Notes: a model not told the origin generated them from the sequence alone. Numbered from the stretch's first letter, positions 10,052-20,089 are shown. The stretch is DNA of 64,000 bases from Thermoanaerobaculia bacterium (GCA_963816185.1 CAWFJJ010000008.1:288001-352000), one strand, 5' to 3'. A program made the numbers and translations.

Positions 10052-11247
10052 ACGGCGCCGCTCTCCACGAGGCCCGGCCCGTCGGCGGGCCCGTCTTCAC
10101 GCCCGCCGTCCGCGCGCTCGCAGCCCTTGCGGCGCTTGCCGGGGTCGCAATCCTCTACCGGTTCGCCGTGGGTCTCGGCGGGGCGACCGCGCTGAACGAC
10201 GGATACCCGTGGGGACTCTGGATCGTCTTCGACGTCGTCACGGGCACGGCGCTCGCGTGCGGCGGCTACGCCGTCGCCCTCCTCGTCTACATCCTGAACA
10301 AGGGCGCCTATCACCCGATGGTGCGGCCCGCGCTGTTGACGAGCGCCCTCGGCTACTCGTTGGCCGCGGTCTCGATCTCCATCGACGTCGGCCGGCCCTG
10401 GCTGCTGTATCGCGTTCCCCTCTGGGTGAACCACTGGAACCTGCACTCGGTCCTCTTCGAGGTCGCGCTCTGCGTCATGGCGTACGTGATCGTCCTCTGG
10501 ATCGAAGTGTCTCCCGCATTCCTCGAGAAGTTCCAGGCGGGACCGGACGGCTTCCTGAAGAGAACCTCCGAGAAGGTCCTCCCGGTCCTGAACAAGGCCC
10601 TGCCGTTCCTCATCGCGCTCGGGCTGCTGCTACCCACGATGCACCAGTCCTCGCTCGGCGCGCTCATGCTCCTCGCCGGCCAGAAGCTGAACGGGCTCTG
10701 GTCCACTCCGTTCCTCCCGCTCCTCTTCCTGCTGTCGTGCATCGCGATGGGGTTCGCGGCCGTCGTCTTCGAATCCACGCTCGCGAGCCTGAACTTCAAG
10801 AGGGCTCGGGACACCCGGATGCTCGCGGGCCTCTCCGGCGCGATACGCCCGATCCTCGTGGTGCTCGCGGTGATCCGGATCGTCGACCTCGCCGTCCGGG
10901 GCCGGATCGGCCTCATGTTCACGCCGGACCGGCACGCCTTCCTCTTCTGGCTCGAGATGATCCTCTTCCTGGCGCCGGTCTTCATGCTGGGCTCGGAGAA
11001 AAGACGGCTCGACGCGGGAAACGTGTTTCGCGCGGCCATGCTGATGATGTTCGCGGGCGCGCTTTACCGGTTCGACACGTATCTCCTCGCCTACCACCCC
11101 GGTTCCTGGTACTCGTATTTCCCGAGCGTCGCGGAGATCGTGATCACGCTCGGAATCGTCGCATTCGAGATTGTCGCGTACGTCTTCCTCGTCAAGACGT
11201 TCCCGATCCTGGGCGGGGCCCCTTCACCCGCCGCCCTTGAAAGGTAG
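10048..11247 (+). CDS. hybB: Hydrogenase-2 integral membrane subunit (NrfD family)
   Basis: LNDGYPWGLWIVFDV, ALACGGY, DVGRPW and LPTMHQSSLG; about 10 TM segments. Confidence 0.92.
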   Translation: MNGAALHEARPVGGPVFTPAVRALAALAALAGVAILYRFAVGLGGATALNDGYPWGLWIVFDVVTGTALACGGYAVALLVYILNKGAYHPMVRPALLTSALGYSLAAVSISIDVGRPWLLYRVPLWVNHWNLHSVLFEVALCVMAYVIVLWIEVSPAFLEKFQAGPDGFLKRTSEKVLPVLNKALPFLIALGLLLPTMHQSSLGALMLLAGQKLNGLWSTPFLPLLFLLSCIAMGFAAVVFESTLASLNFKRARDTRMLAGLSGAIRPILVVLAVIRIVDLAVRGRIGLMFTPDRHAFLFWLEMILFLAPVFMLGSEKRRLDAGNVFRAAMLMMFAGALYRFDTYLLAYHPGSWYSYFPSVAEIVITLGIVAFEIVAYVFLVKTFPILGGAPSPAALER

Positions 11248-11252
11248 GAGAC

Positions 11253-12953
11253 ATGTCCCAGCACATCGTCGTTGATCCCGTCACCCGCATCGAAGGCCAC
11301 CTCCGAATCGACGTCGAGGTGGACGGCGGAAAGGTGAAGAACGCGTGGTCGTCGGGGCAGATGTTCCGCGGCATCGAGACGATCCTCAAAGGGCGTGACC
11401 CGCGCGACGCCTGGCTCTTCACGCAGCGCTTCTGCGGCGTGTGCACGACCGTGCACGCGATCGCATCCGTGCGAACGGTCGAGAACGCCCTGGGCCTGGA
11501 GATCCCGATCAACGCGCAGTACATCCGCAATCTGATTCTCACCGCGCACGCGATGCACGATCACATCGTGCACTTCTACCATCTCTCCGCCCTCGACTGG
11601 GTGGACGTCGTGTCGTCGCTCAAGGCCGACCCGGCGAAGGCCTCGGCCCTCGCCGAAAGCCTCTCGCCCTGGCCCGGCAACGGCCGTCTCCATCTCAAGG
11701 CCGTGCAGGACAAGCTCAAGGCGTACGTCGAGGCCGGCCAGCTCGGCATTTTCACGAACGGCTACTGGGGCCACCCGGCGATGAAGCTCTCGCCGGAGGT
11801 GAACCTGCTCGCCGTCTCGCATTACCTCGAGGCGCTCGACTACCAGCGCAAGGTGAATCAGGTCGTCACGATTCTCGGAGGCAAGACGCCGAACATCCAG
11901 AACCTCGCCGTGGGCGGCGTGGCGAACGCCATCAACCTCGACAACCAGTCCACGTTGAACATGGACAAGCTCTTCATGATCAAGGATCTGCTCGACGGGA
12001 TGAAGGCGTTCATCGAGCAGGTCTATTTCGTCGACGTGTGCGCGATCGGATCCATGTACCCCGACTGGCTCGGTTACGGCGCGGGCGTGAAGAACTACCT
12101 CGCCGTGCCGGATCTGCCGCTGGACACGAAGGGCACCCATTTCGACCTGCCGGGCGGCACGATCTTCGACGGCGATCTCTCGACCGTGAAGGAGATCAAG
12201 AGCTTCGCCGATCCCTACTTCAAGGACAACGTCACGGAGTCCATCGCGCACGCCTGGTACGACGGCGACTGGACGAAGCACCCGTACGACGAGGACACGG
12301 TCCCGAAGCCCGGCGCGTACGACGCGTCGAAGAAGTACTCATGGGTGAAGGCGCCGCGGTTTCAGGGCAGGGTCATGCAGGTCGGCCCGCTCGCGCAGGT
12401 TCTCGTCGGCTTCGCAATCGGGCACGAGCCCACGAAGCGCTGGGCCACGAAGGCGCTCACGACCGCCTCGGCGCTCGCGAAGACCACGCTCACTCCGGCC
12501 GTTCTGCACTCGACGCTCGGGCGGCACGTCGCGCGCATGGTGCGCACGTGCGTTCTCTCCGAGCTCGCGCTGAAGCACTGGAAGCTCCTCGTCGACAACA
12601 TCGGGAAGGGCGACACGGCGATTTTCAACGCGCCGGTCTTTCCCGCGGGCGAGCAGCGCGGGTTCGGCTTCCACGAAGCCCCGCGTGGCACGCTGTCGCA
12701 CTGGATCGTCATCAAGGACGGAAAGATCGCGAACTATCAGGCGGTCGTGCCCTCCACCTGGAACGCCGGGCCTCGGGACGCGAAAGACCAGATGGGTCCC
12801 TACGAGGCCTCTCTCGTCGGGAATCCCATGGCGGACGCGGAGCGCCCGCTCGAGGTCCTGCGCACGATTCACTCGTTCGACCCGTGCCTCGCGTGCGCCA
12901 TCCACACGCTCGACCCCGAAGGGCGCGAGATCGCCCGCGTGAAGGCGCTGTAA
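11253..12953 (+). CDS. hybC: [NiFe]-hydrogenase large subunit, Hyb type
   Basis: DPVTRIEGH, L1 RFCGVC, L2 DPCLACAIH plus a cleavable tail. Confidence 0.95.
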   Translation: MSQHIVVDPVTRIEGHLRIDVEVDGGKVKNAWSSGQMFRGIETILKGRDPRDAWLFTQRFCGVCTTVHAIASVRTVENALGLEIPINAQYIRNLILTAHAMHDHIVHFYHLSALDWVDVVSSLKADPAKASALAESLSPWPGNGRLHLKAVQDKLKAYVEAGQLGIFTNGYWGHPAMKLSPEVNLLAVSHYLEALDYQRKVNQVVTILGGKTPNIQNLAVGGVANAINLDNQSTLNMDKLFMIKDLLDGMKAFIEQVYFVDVCAIGSMYPDWLGYGAGVKNYLAVPDLPLDTKGTHFDLPGGTIFDGDLSTVKEIKSFADPYFKDNVTESIAHAWYDGDWTKHPYDEDTVPKPGAYDASKKYSWVKAPRFQGRVMQVGPLAQVLVGFAIGHEPTKRWATKALTTASALAKTTLTPAVLHSTLGRHVARMVRTCVLSELALKHWKLLVDNIGKGDTAIFNAPVFPAGEQRGFGFHEAPRGTLSHWIVIKDGKIANYQAVVPSTWNAGPRDAKDQMGPYEASLVGNPMADAERPLEVLRTIHSFDPCLACAIHTLDPEGREIARVKAL

Positions 12954-12960
12954 GACCCTC

Positions 12961-13536
12961 GTGGAGCGCTCCGTTCGCGTCCTCGGCCTCGGGAACGTCC
13001 TCATGGGCGACGACGCCCTCGGGCCGTGGGTGATTCACGCGCTCGAGGCCGAGTACGAATTTCCGGAAGGCGTGGAGCTCGTGGAGATCGGAACCCCGGG
13101 ACTGGACCTCGTCCCCTACGTCGCGGGTCCCGGCGGAGTCCTCCTCGTCGACACGGTCAAGTCCGCCGGAATTCCCGGCGAGCTGCGCTTCTACGACCAG
13201 CAGCAGCTCCTGAAGCTGCCGCCGCAGCCGCGGCTCTCGCCCCACGACCCGGGACTCACCGAGGCTCTTCTTGCCGTCACGCTCGCGGATGCGCCGCCGT
13301 CCTTCGTGAAGCTCGTGGGTGTGATCCCGGACAACGTCGCGATGGGGGTCGCCCTGAGTCCCGCTCTTCGGGCTGCGCTGCCGCGGGTCGTCCGCGCCGT
13401 CGTGCAGGAGCTGGCACGCCTCGGCTTCGCCGGAGTCCCTCGGCGCCAGAGAGACCTCTCTCTTCCGTGGTGGGAGAGAGGGGCGCCCCTGCCGAAGCCG
13501 GCGGGAGTCCTTGCGATCGAGCCACAGGCGGGATGA
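12961..13536 (+). CDS. hybD: Hydrogenase maturation endopeptidase (HybD/HyaD family)
   Basis: VLGLGNVLMGDDALG, EIGTPG and SPH. Confidence 0.9.
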   Translation: MERSVRVLGLGNVLMGDDALGPWVIHALEAEYEFPEGVELVEIGTPGLDLVPYVAGPGGVLLVDTVKSAGIPGELRFYDQQQLLKLPPQPRLSPHDPGLTEALLAVTLADAPPSFVKLVGVIPDNVAMGVALSPALRAALPRVVRAVVQELARLGFAGVPRRQRDLSLPWWERGAPLPKPAGVLAIEPQAG

Positions 13537-13552
13537 GCCTCCGGCGCGCCGT

Positions 13553-13945
13553 GTGAATGCGTCCGAAGGAAAGCAGGTTCCCTGGAGCGCCCTTGAACGA
13601 GCGCTCGTCGTCGCGGTCGCGCTCCACAGCTTCGCCGTGGGCTTCTTCCTCCTTTTCTTCACACGGTGGGGGATCCGCCTGGGAGGATGGGGCGAGGCGA
13701 ACCCGCTGTTCTTCGCGAGACAGGCCGGGATCTTTCACTTCGTCGTGGCGAGCGGCTATCTGATCGAGTATTTCAGGGACCGCGGCGTCCGGCTTCTCCT
13801 GCTTGCCAAGGCCACGGCGACCGTGTTTCTCGTTGCGATGCTGCTCGAAGACGGCGGCCCGTGGGTCCTGCCGGTCTCCGCGCTCGGCGATGCGCTCATG
13901 GGGCTTGCCGTGTGGCTCGTTCACCGGAAGGCGTCGGCGGCCTGA
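13553..13945 (+). CDS. Small 4-TM membrane protein of unknown function
   Basis: Four hydrophobic segments with FFARQAGIFHF; start codon uncertain. Confidence 0.65.
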   Translation: MNASEGKQVPWSALERALVVAVALHSFAVGFFLLFFTRWGIRLGGWGEANPLFFARQAGIFHFVVASGYLIEYFRDRGVRLLLLAKATATVFLVAMLLEDGGPWVLPVSALGDALMGLAVWLVHRKASAA

Positions 13946-15464
13946 TCCGCGCCTCCCGCTTCTTCCTCTCCTCGCGCTCCTCGAAGACTTCCTGGACCTC
14001 GTCGCACCCGCAGCGCAGCGCCATCGTGATGAGATCGAGCATGAGCTGGCGCATGTCCGCCGACTCGGGGTCTCGACGGAGCACGCGGAAGCAGACGAGA
14101 TTCAACCCCTCGAGCGCGTCGCAAAGCTCGGGCCCTTCGATCCTCTGATCGAAGCGGCGCATGGCGAGATCGCGGCAATAGGCCACGAGGAGCCCGTTCT
14201 CTTTCGTCCTCACGGCGTTCATGAGGTGGCGCAGGACGACGCGATGGTTCCAGGATTGGTCTTCCGGGCTGATCGTGCGATAGCTCGGAAAACGCGCGGA
14301 ACCCTTCGGGTCGAGCAGGAGCTCGCTGTAGGACCGGAGGATCTCGTCCTGATGCCGTTCGAGAAGAGCGTACAGCCTGAGGTTGGAGGGCAGCTCGACG
14401 CGCGTCATCGCCGCCCGATTCAGGTGGTGCCATTCCACGGGATCCGTTTTCAGGTGCTCGAGGAGAAACGGGAGGCGGCGGAGGATCTCGAGGCGGGGCC
14501 GGGGCGCCCAGCCGGTGCGCTCGCGCGTCCTCGAGGCATCGACGGCCATCACGAGGTCGATGTAGCGCGCCATCCAGGGCTGCTCGAAAGGTCGCGCTCC
14601 CGTGAGCCGGCCGAGAAGGTCGCGCGCGGCCATGCCCGGCCCGCAGAGTGCCTTCGGCACGTGAAAAGGCTCTTTTCGCGTGCCGAAGTAGCTGAGCGTC
14701 GCGGCCTCGAAGAGCTCTTCGTGCGACGTGGCGACGTCGGGGCTCGCGATGAGAACCTCTCCCGGAGCGAGCATGGGCGCCAGGTCGAGAACGCGTCGGA
14801 GGAGCGACACGACGTCCTTCACGTGCAGGTACGGGATGGCCGAACGCCCGTGGCCTCCGAGGATCCCGCGGTTCCACGCTCGGGAGAGCCACGTCTCGAG
14901 GAACATGAAAAGGGGCGGGTACTCGCACCAATCCGAAAACAACGCGGCGAACCGGACGATCGTGGACGGAAACGAGTCCCGATATTCCGCCAGCATCTCC
15001 TCGCCGATGCGTTTCGTTCGCGCATAGATGTGGTCGCCGTCGGCGCGGCTGTCCTCGTTGAGCGCCCAGCCGGGAGCCGGGAAGCGACTCGCGGCCACGG
15101 AGCTGGAGAAGACGACGTGGCGGACACGATTCTCCCTCGAAAGGTCCAGGACGTTGCGGAGGCCCTCCACGTTCGTCCGCATGTATTCGGGGTGTTCCTC
15201 GCCCGTGAAGTCGTAATGCGCGGCGAGGTGGATGACGGTATCGGCGCCCCCGTCGGCAGCTATCTGGTCGAAGACGGTCTTCAGGCCGGCCCGATCCCCG
15301 ATGTCGACCTGGAACCACGAGATGTTCGCGTGCCGCGGGGCGCCGCTTCGGGCCTGGCTTCGCCGGGCGATCCCGTAGATGCGGAAGTCTTCTTGAAGCG
15401 CAGCCAGCAGGTTTCGACCGACGAATCCGGACGCGCCGGTGACGATGAGGCGGGGAAGGGCCAC
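13896..15464 (-). CDS. NAD-dependent epimerase/dehydratase (extended SDR) with an extra C-terminal helical domain
   Basis: TGASGFVG, HLAAHYDF, SSS and YARTK; about 170 extra C-terminal residues; GTG start inferred. Confidence 0.85.
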   Translation of the reverse strand: MALPRLIVTGASGFVGRNLLAALQEDFRIYGIARRSQARSGAPRHANISWFQVDIGDRAGLKTVFDQIAADGGADTVIHLAAHYDFTGEEHPEYMRTNVEGLRNVLDLSRENRVRHVVFSSSVAASRFPAPGWALNEDSRADGDHIYARTKRIGEEMLAEYRDSFPSTIVRFAALFSDWCEYPPLFMFLETWLSRAWNRGILGGHGRSAIPYLHVKDVVSLLRRVLDLAPMLAPGEVLIASPDVATSHEELFEAATLSYFGTRKEPFHVPKALCGPGMAARDLLGRLTGARPFEQPWMARYIDLVMAVDASRTRERTGWAPRPRLEILRRLPFLLEHLKTDPVEWHHLNRAAMTRVELPSNLRLYALLERHQDEILRSYSELLLDPKGSARFPSYRTISPEDQSWNHRVVLRHLMNAVRTKENGLLVAYCRDLAMRRFDQRIEGPELCDALEGLNLVCFRVLRRDPESADMRQLMLDLITMALRCGCDEVQEVFEEREERKKREARIRPPTPSGERATRQAP

Positions 15465-15497
15465 CCGAGAAGGAATATACCGAGGGTGTGCGTCCGT

Positions 15498-15541
15498 CGA
15501 TAGTGCGGGTTGATCGGGTCCTGGAGCGCTCCTTCGATGTA
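15498..15541. repeat. 44-bp imperfect direct repeat, copy A
   Basis: CGATAGTGCGGGTTGAtCGGGTCctGGAGCGcTccttcGATGTA; 35/44 ungapped identity with 20187-20230. Confidence 0.8.
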
Positions 15542-15550
15542 CGCTGCGCG

Positions 15551-15943
15551 TCAGTGCGTCTCCGAGAGAAGGAAGGCGACGAGATCCCAGGTCTCCACGT
15601 CGCTGAAGGACTTCCAGCCGGGCATCGGCGTGCCGTGAACGCCTTCGCGAATCGTGAAGAAAACGTGGCGGGGCGTCGTCGCGGTCCTCCAGGAGGGATT
15701 GGTGAAGTCGCGCGGGGCGACCGACAAACCCTCGCGCCGTACTCCCCGGCCGTCCGCCTTCTCGCCGTGGCAGAGGGCACACGAGGCCAGGAAGAGCTTC
15801 CGCCCGTTCTCCTTCGCCTCGGCTGACTCGAAAAGACCCGGAGGGACCTTCAAGGCCCGGTAGGGCTCAGGAAGGTCCCGGTCCCTGCTACAGGCCGAAA
15901 GCCCGAGCGAGATCAGGAGAGCGATCGGAATTTGAGACCGCAT
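15551..15943 (-). CDS. Monoheme c-type cytochrome lipoprotein
   Basis: Lipobox LSAC, heme motif CALCH and a distal Met in TPMPGW. Confidence 0.88.
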   Translation of the reverse strand: MRSQIPIALLISLGLSACSRDRDLPEPYRALKVPPGLFESAEAKENGRKLFLASCALCHGEKADGRGVRREGLSVAPRDFTNPSWRTATTPRHVFFTIREGVHGTPMPGWKSFSDVETWDLVAFLLSETH

Positions 15944-16457
15944 CGTGGCTCCGCGGGTGCAGCTCGAACCCAAGCCGGCTCACCTCTTGAACGACGCGGT
16001 CCATGAGCCCGGGAAGACCCGCCTCCACGGATGGCGAGCGGGTCACGCCCACCTCCAGCGTGTCGGGCACGAGGCCGAGGAGGACGAGCTCGCCCGGAAG
16101 CCTTCCTCTCCATCGCGCCGCGTCGAGGAGGTCGGCCACGCCCACCTGGTGGACGGAGAGGCGGCCCGCCACGGCGGGGCCCACCTCGTCGCTTTCCAGG
16201 CGGACGAAGGATCCGGGCGGCTCATCGGCGCGGATGGCGTCGACGAGGATCATCCTCTCGGCGTCCTCCACGTAAGGGAGGAGCGAAAGGCCGAGCGTCC
16301 CTCCGTCGAGGACGCTCATTCCCTCGGGGATCTCGTAACGCGCTTGGATTCGCGCGATCGCGACGGCTCCCAGCCCGTCGTCGCCGCACAAGACGTTTCC
16401 GAGGCCCAGGACCAGGAGCCGGACGGGCCGGCGAGACCCGCTAGGGCTGCTGGTCAT
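15888..16457 (-). CDS. hyaD: Hydrogenase maturation endopeptidase
   Basis: VLGLGNVLCGDDGLG, DGGTLG and SVHQ. Confidence 0.9.
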   Translation of the reverse strand: MTSSPSGSRRPVRLLVLGLGNVLCGDDGLGAVAIARIQARYEIPEGMSVLDGGTLGLSLLPYVEDAERMILVDAIRADEPPGSFVRLESDEVGPAVAGRLSVHQVGVADLLDAARWRGRLPGELVLLGLVPDTLEVGVTRSPSVEAGLPGLMDRVVQEVSRLGFELHPRSHDAVSNSDRSPDLARAFGL

Positions 16458-17232
16458 GAATGTCCTTGGGGTCGAAGTACCGGTAGCCCGAATAGATGAC
16501 GTCGTCCTTGTGGACGAACTTGTAGCCCGAGAAGATCGACTCGGTCGTCGCGTTCGCTTCGATCTGGGACATCAGAACGGCGCTGTAGACGTGATGGATG
16601 GCGAACCCGATCAGGAGCCACAGGCCGGCGTGGTGGATCAGGCGCACAGTCTGGAGCCCGCCGAAAAGCGGAACGAGATGGCCGAAGACACGCATGTGCG
16701 AGTCCACGTTGGCGCTGGCTCCGTAGAGAGTGAAGCCGGTGACGATCATGACCAGGTAGATCGCGAAGACGAGCGTGTACGTCGCCCCTGCCAGCGGGTT
16801 GTGGCCGATATAGCCAGGCGGCTTTCGGAGCTGGAAGAGATAGAAACGGAGCGCCTGGACGAGGCCGCGGCGCCGGCGCTTCTTGATCGGGATGAACTTG
16901 TCCCAGCGGGCGAAGTGGTTCCCGCGGAACATCCAGATCAGGCGCGACAGGACCGAAAGCGTGAACAGGATGGCCGCGTAGGAGTGGACGATCTTGAACG
17001 TTCCGGTCAGGAAGTGGTCCCCTGCGGGCCCGGTGACCGTGATGGACGGATTGCCGATGTAGATGCCCGTCACCGCGAGGACCGCGATGGAGAGCACGAC
17101 GCCCCAGTGGGCGAGCCTGACGGGCCATTCCCAGACATAGACCCGCACGAGATCGCTCTGCTCGGGGGGAGCGGGCCCGATCGGGTAGTGCCGGCCGCTC
17201 TCCGACACGACGAACGGAGCGGTCGTGCTCAT
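16441..17232 (-). CDS. hyaC: Ni/Fe-hydrogenase b-type cytochrome subunit
   Basis: YVWEWPVRLAHW, GHNPLA, RLIHH and HHVY heme-b His motifs; 4 TM segments. Confidence 0.93.
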   Translation of the reverse strand: MSTTAPFVVSESGRHYPIGPAPPEQSDLVRVYVWEWPVRLAHWGVVLSIAVLAVTGIYIGNPSITVTGPAGDHFLTGTFKIVHSYAAILFTLSVLSRLIWMFRGNHFARWDKFIPIKKRRRRGLVQALRFYLFQLRKPPGYIGHNPLAGATYTLVFAIYLVMIVTGFTLYGASANVDSHMRVFGHLVPLFGGLQTVRLIHHAGLWLLIGFAIHHVYSAVLMSQIEANATTESIFSGYKFVHKDDVIYSGYRYFDPKDIHDQQP

Positions 17233-18935
17233 ACGACCCTCACCTTCGCGAGCAGTTTCCTCCTCGCGTCGACGACGTGGACGCCGCACGCGATACAGGG
17301 GTCGAAGGAGTGGATGGTTCGCAGAATCTCGATCGGTTTGGCGGCATCGGCCACGGGGGTGTTCAGGAGCGCTTCCTCGTACGGCCCGCGCTTACCCTGG
17401 GCGTCCCGTGGCCCCGCGTTCCACGTGCTGGGCACGATGCACTGATAGTTGGCGATCGCCCCGTCCAGGATGTGAACCCAATGGCCCAGCGCTCCGCGCG
17501 GGGCCTCGTGGAAGCCGGCTCCTGTCGACTCTCTGGGCCAGGTGTTCGGCTCCCATTTGGAGTTGTCGTGAATCTTGAGCTGCCGCCGGTGCATGTTGAC
17601 CGCGAGCTGGTCGATCCACCCGTCGATCTTCTCCGTGAGAAGCAGCGTCTCGATGCCCCGCGCCGCGACGCGACCGAGCGTCGAGAACAACGCCTCGGGA
17701 CCCACTCCCAGTTTTTTGAGCACGTCGCCCACGATCTCCCTGACGCGGGCGTGGCCGGAGGCGTAGGCGACGAGCATCCGCGAGAGCGGCCCCACCTCCA
17801 TCGGCAGCCCGTCGTACCGCGGAGCCTTCAGCCAGCTGTACTTTGCCGCGCCGTCGAGCTTCTCGTAGGGAGGCGTGGGACCCGTGTAGTTGGGCTTCGT
17901 CTCGCCCTGGCTCGGGTGGATGCCCTTGTCGTCTCCGCCGGCGTAGTCGTACCAGGAGTGCTTGACATGCTCGGTGATCTTGGCCGCGTCGAACTTCTCG
18001 ACCTTGCTCAGGTCCTTGTTGCGGAGAACGCCGCTCGGGAGGAAGAGCGGCGGGTTGGGGCCGTCGTCCTCGGGGTACTCGCCGTAAACGAGGTAGTTCC
18101 CGACGCCGCCGCCGATACCCGCCCACGTCTTGTAGAACGAAGCCACGGCCAGGAGATCGGGGATGTAGACCTTCGAGACGAAGTCCTTCGCCTTGGCCAC
18201 GAGCTGCTTGAGCTCGGCGATCGACCCGACGTTCAGGGAAGCCTGGCGATCGGGGTCGATGGGCGTCGCCATGCCGCCCACGAGGAAGCTCTGCAGGTGC
18301 GGGTTCTTGCCTCCCAGGATGGCGTGCGCGCGGATGACGTCGCGCTGCCAGTCGAGCGCCTCGAGATAGTGCGCCACGGCCATGAGATTGGCCTCGGGTG
18401 GAAGGACGTAGGCCGGATGGCCCCAGTAGGCGTTCGCGAAGGGGCCGAGCTGGCCGCGCTCGACGAACGTCTTCAGGCGGCCCTTGACGCCCGCGAAGTA
18501 CTTCGTGCTCGAGAGCGGCCAGTCCGAGATCGACTCGGCCAGGGTCGAAGTCTTGGCCGGATCGGCCGAGAGGGCCGAGACGACGTCCACCCAGTCGAGG
18601 GCGTGCAGGTGGTAGAAGTGGATGACGTGGTCCTGCACGCACTGATACGCCATGATGAGGTTGCGCAGCAGCCGGGCGTTCTGCGGGGGCTGCGCGCCGA
18701 TCGCGTTCTCGACGGCGCGGATGGAGGCGATGGCATGCACCGTCGTGCAAACGCCGCAGATGCGCTGCGTGAAGGCCCACGCGTCGCGCGGGTCGCGCCC
18801 CTTCAGGATCAGCTCCACGCCGCGGAACATGGTCGCCGACGACCAGGCGTCCTTGACGCGGCCCCCGTCCACCTCGGCCTCGATTCGCAGGTGCCCCTCG
18901 ATGCGCGTGACGGGATCGACGACGATGTGCGTCAT
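17229..18935 (-). CDS. hyaB: [NiFe]-hydrogenase large subunit (group 1, cytochrome b-linked)
   Basis: DPVTRIEGH, L1 RICGVC, L2 DPCIACGVH. Confidence 0.93.
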   Translation of the reverse strand: MTHIVVDPVTRIEGHLRIEAEVDGGRVKDAWSSATMFRGVELILKGRDPRDAWAFTQRICGVCTTVHAIASIRAVENAIGAQPPQNARLLRNLIMAYQCVQDHVIHFYHLHALDWVDVVSALSADPAKTSTLAESISDWPLSSTKYFAGVKGRLKTFVERGQLGPFANAYWGHPAYVLPPEANLMAVAHYLEALDWQRDVIRAHAILGGKNPHLQSFLVGGMATPIDPDRQASLNVGSIAELKQLVAKAKDFVSKVYIPDLLAVASFYKTWAGIGGGVGNYLVYGEYPEDDGPNPPLFLPSGVLRNKDLSKVEKFDAAKITEHVKHSWYDYAGGDDKGIHPSQGETKPNYTGPTPPYEKLDGAAKYSWLKAPRYDGLPMEVGPLSRMLVAYASGHARVREIVGDVLKKLGVGPEALFSTLGRVAARGIETLLLTEKIDGWIDQLAVNMHRRQLKIHDNSKWEPNTWPRESTGAGFHEAPRGALGHWVHILDGAIANYQCIVPSTWNAGPRDAQGKRGPYEEALLNTPVADAAKPIEILRTIHSFDPCIACGVHVVDARRKLLAKVRVV

Positions 18936-20089
18936 GACGAGGCTCCTTTCCCGGGCGAAGGAGGCTTCTCGGTCTCGTCTTCAGGCGGAGGCGGCGGGAC
19001 GTGCTCCTCCTTGACTTGTCCCGTGCGGGCGCGCTGGACGAGGGAGATGAGGCCGTGCGTGGCGAAGGCCGCCGCCACGCCGGCCGAGGCCCAGAGTCCG
19101 ACCTTGTCGATCGGAGTTCCGAGCTTGAAGCCCGGAATCGTGGGCAGGTGGCGGTAGAAGGGCGTCATCTTGTCCCAGAAGTCGGGCTCGGCGCAGCCGA
19201 TGCATGGGTGGCCGCAGCCGATCGGCCAATTCGTGCCGTCGTTCCACCTCACGACCGGGCAGTTCTGGAACGTGACCGGCCCTTTGCACCCCATCTTGTA
19301 GAGGCAGTAGCCGGTGCGGTGCCCGTCGTCTCCCCACGCCTCCACGTACTGACCGGCGTCGAAGTGAGCTCGCCTCTCGCAGTTGTCGTGGATCGACTTT
19401 CCATACGCGAAGAGAGGGCGCCGGTAACCGTCGAGGGCGGGCAGGTCCTTGAAGGTGATGTAGTTGACGACGAGGGCCGTGAGGTTCTCAGGGTTCATGG
19501 GGCAGGCCGAGAGGTTCACGAGGTTCTTCAGCCCTGGGACGGCGTCGGCCACGCCGAGGGCGCCGGTCGGGTTCGGGGCGGCGGCCGGAAGACCGCCGAA
19601 CGTCGCGCACGTCCCGACGGCGATCGTGGCCGCAGCGCCGCCGCAGACTTCGCGGGCGATCTGGAGGGCGGATCGCCCTCCGATCGTGCAGTACGCGCCG
19701 TTGGCTCCCGTGGGGATCGAGCCCTCGACGACGGCGAGGTACGCGCCCTTGTTGTCCTTGACCGTCTTGGCGAGGAGGTCTTCGGCCTGATGGCCTGCGG
19801 CCGCCATGATGGTCTCGTGGTAATCCACCGAGAGGACGTCGAGGACGATGTCCGCCACCGTCGGCTTGGTGGCCCTCAGAAACGACTCGGTGTTTCCCGC
19901 ACAGTCCTGGAACTCGAGCCAGACGACGATCGGCTTCTCGGCCTTCAGGACGGCTTCGGCGATCCTCGACCCGAAGACCTTGGGAAGGGCGAGCGCCGTG
20001 GCCATCACGCCGCAGAACTCGACGAATTGGCGGCGCGAGACACCCCGCTGCTCAAGCTCCATCTCGACCCAGGACCCTGGTCTTCTCAT
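18932..20089 (-). CDS. hyaA: [NiFe]-hydrogenase small subunit with CxxN proximal motif
   Basis: Tat motif SRRQF; DCAGN, TCATFGG, HDNCERR, GHPCIGC; C-terminal TM; SD GGAGGG before ATG 20089. Confidence 0.92.
   Translation of the reverse strand: MRRPGSWVEMELEQRGVSRRQFVEFCGVMATALALPKVFGSRIAEAVLKAEKPIVVWLEFQDCAGNTESFLRATKPTVADIVLDVLSVDYHETIMAAAGHQAEDLLAKTVKDNKGAYLAVVEGSIPTGANGAYCTIGGRSALQIAREVCGGAAATIAVGTCATFGGLPAAAPNPTGALGVADAVPGLKNLVNLSACPMNPENLTALVVNYITFKDLPALDGYRRPLFAYGKSIHDNCERRAHFDAGQYVEAWGDDGHRTGYCLYKMGCKGPVTFQNCPVVRWNDGTNWPIGCGHPCIGCAEPDFWDKMTPFYRHLPTIPGFKLGTPIDKVGLWASAGVAAAFATHGLISLVQRARTGQVKEEHVPPPPPEDETEKPPSPGKGASS

Noticed and set aside
11253-18935. Selenocysteine-containing [NiFeSe] hydrogenase
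   Set aside because: Both L2 motifs have Cys codons (DPCLAC, DPCIAC) and there is no in-frame TGA
18932-20089. O2-tolerant [4Fe-3S] (group 1d) hydrogenase
   Set aside because: The two supernumerary cysteines are absent (DCAGN, TCATFGG)
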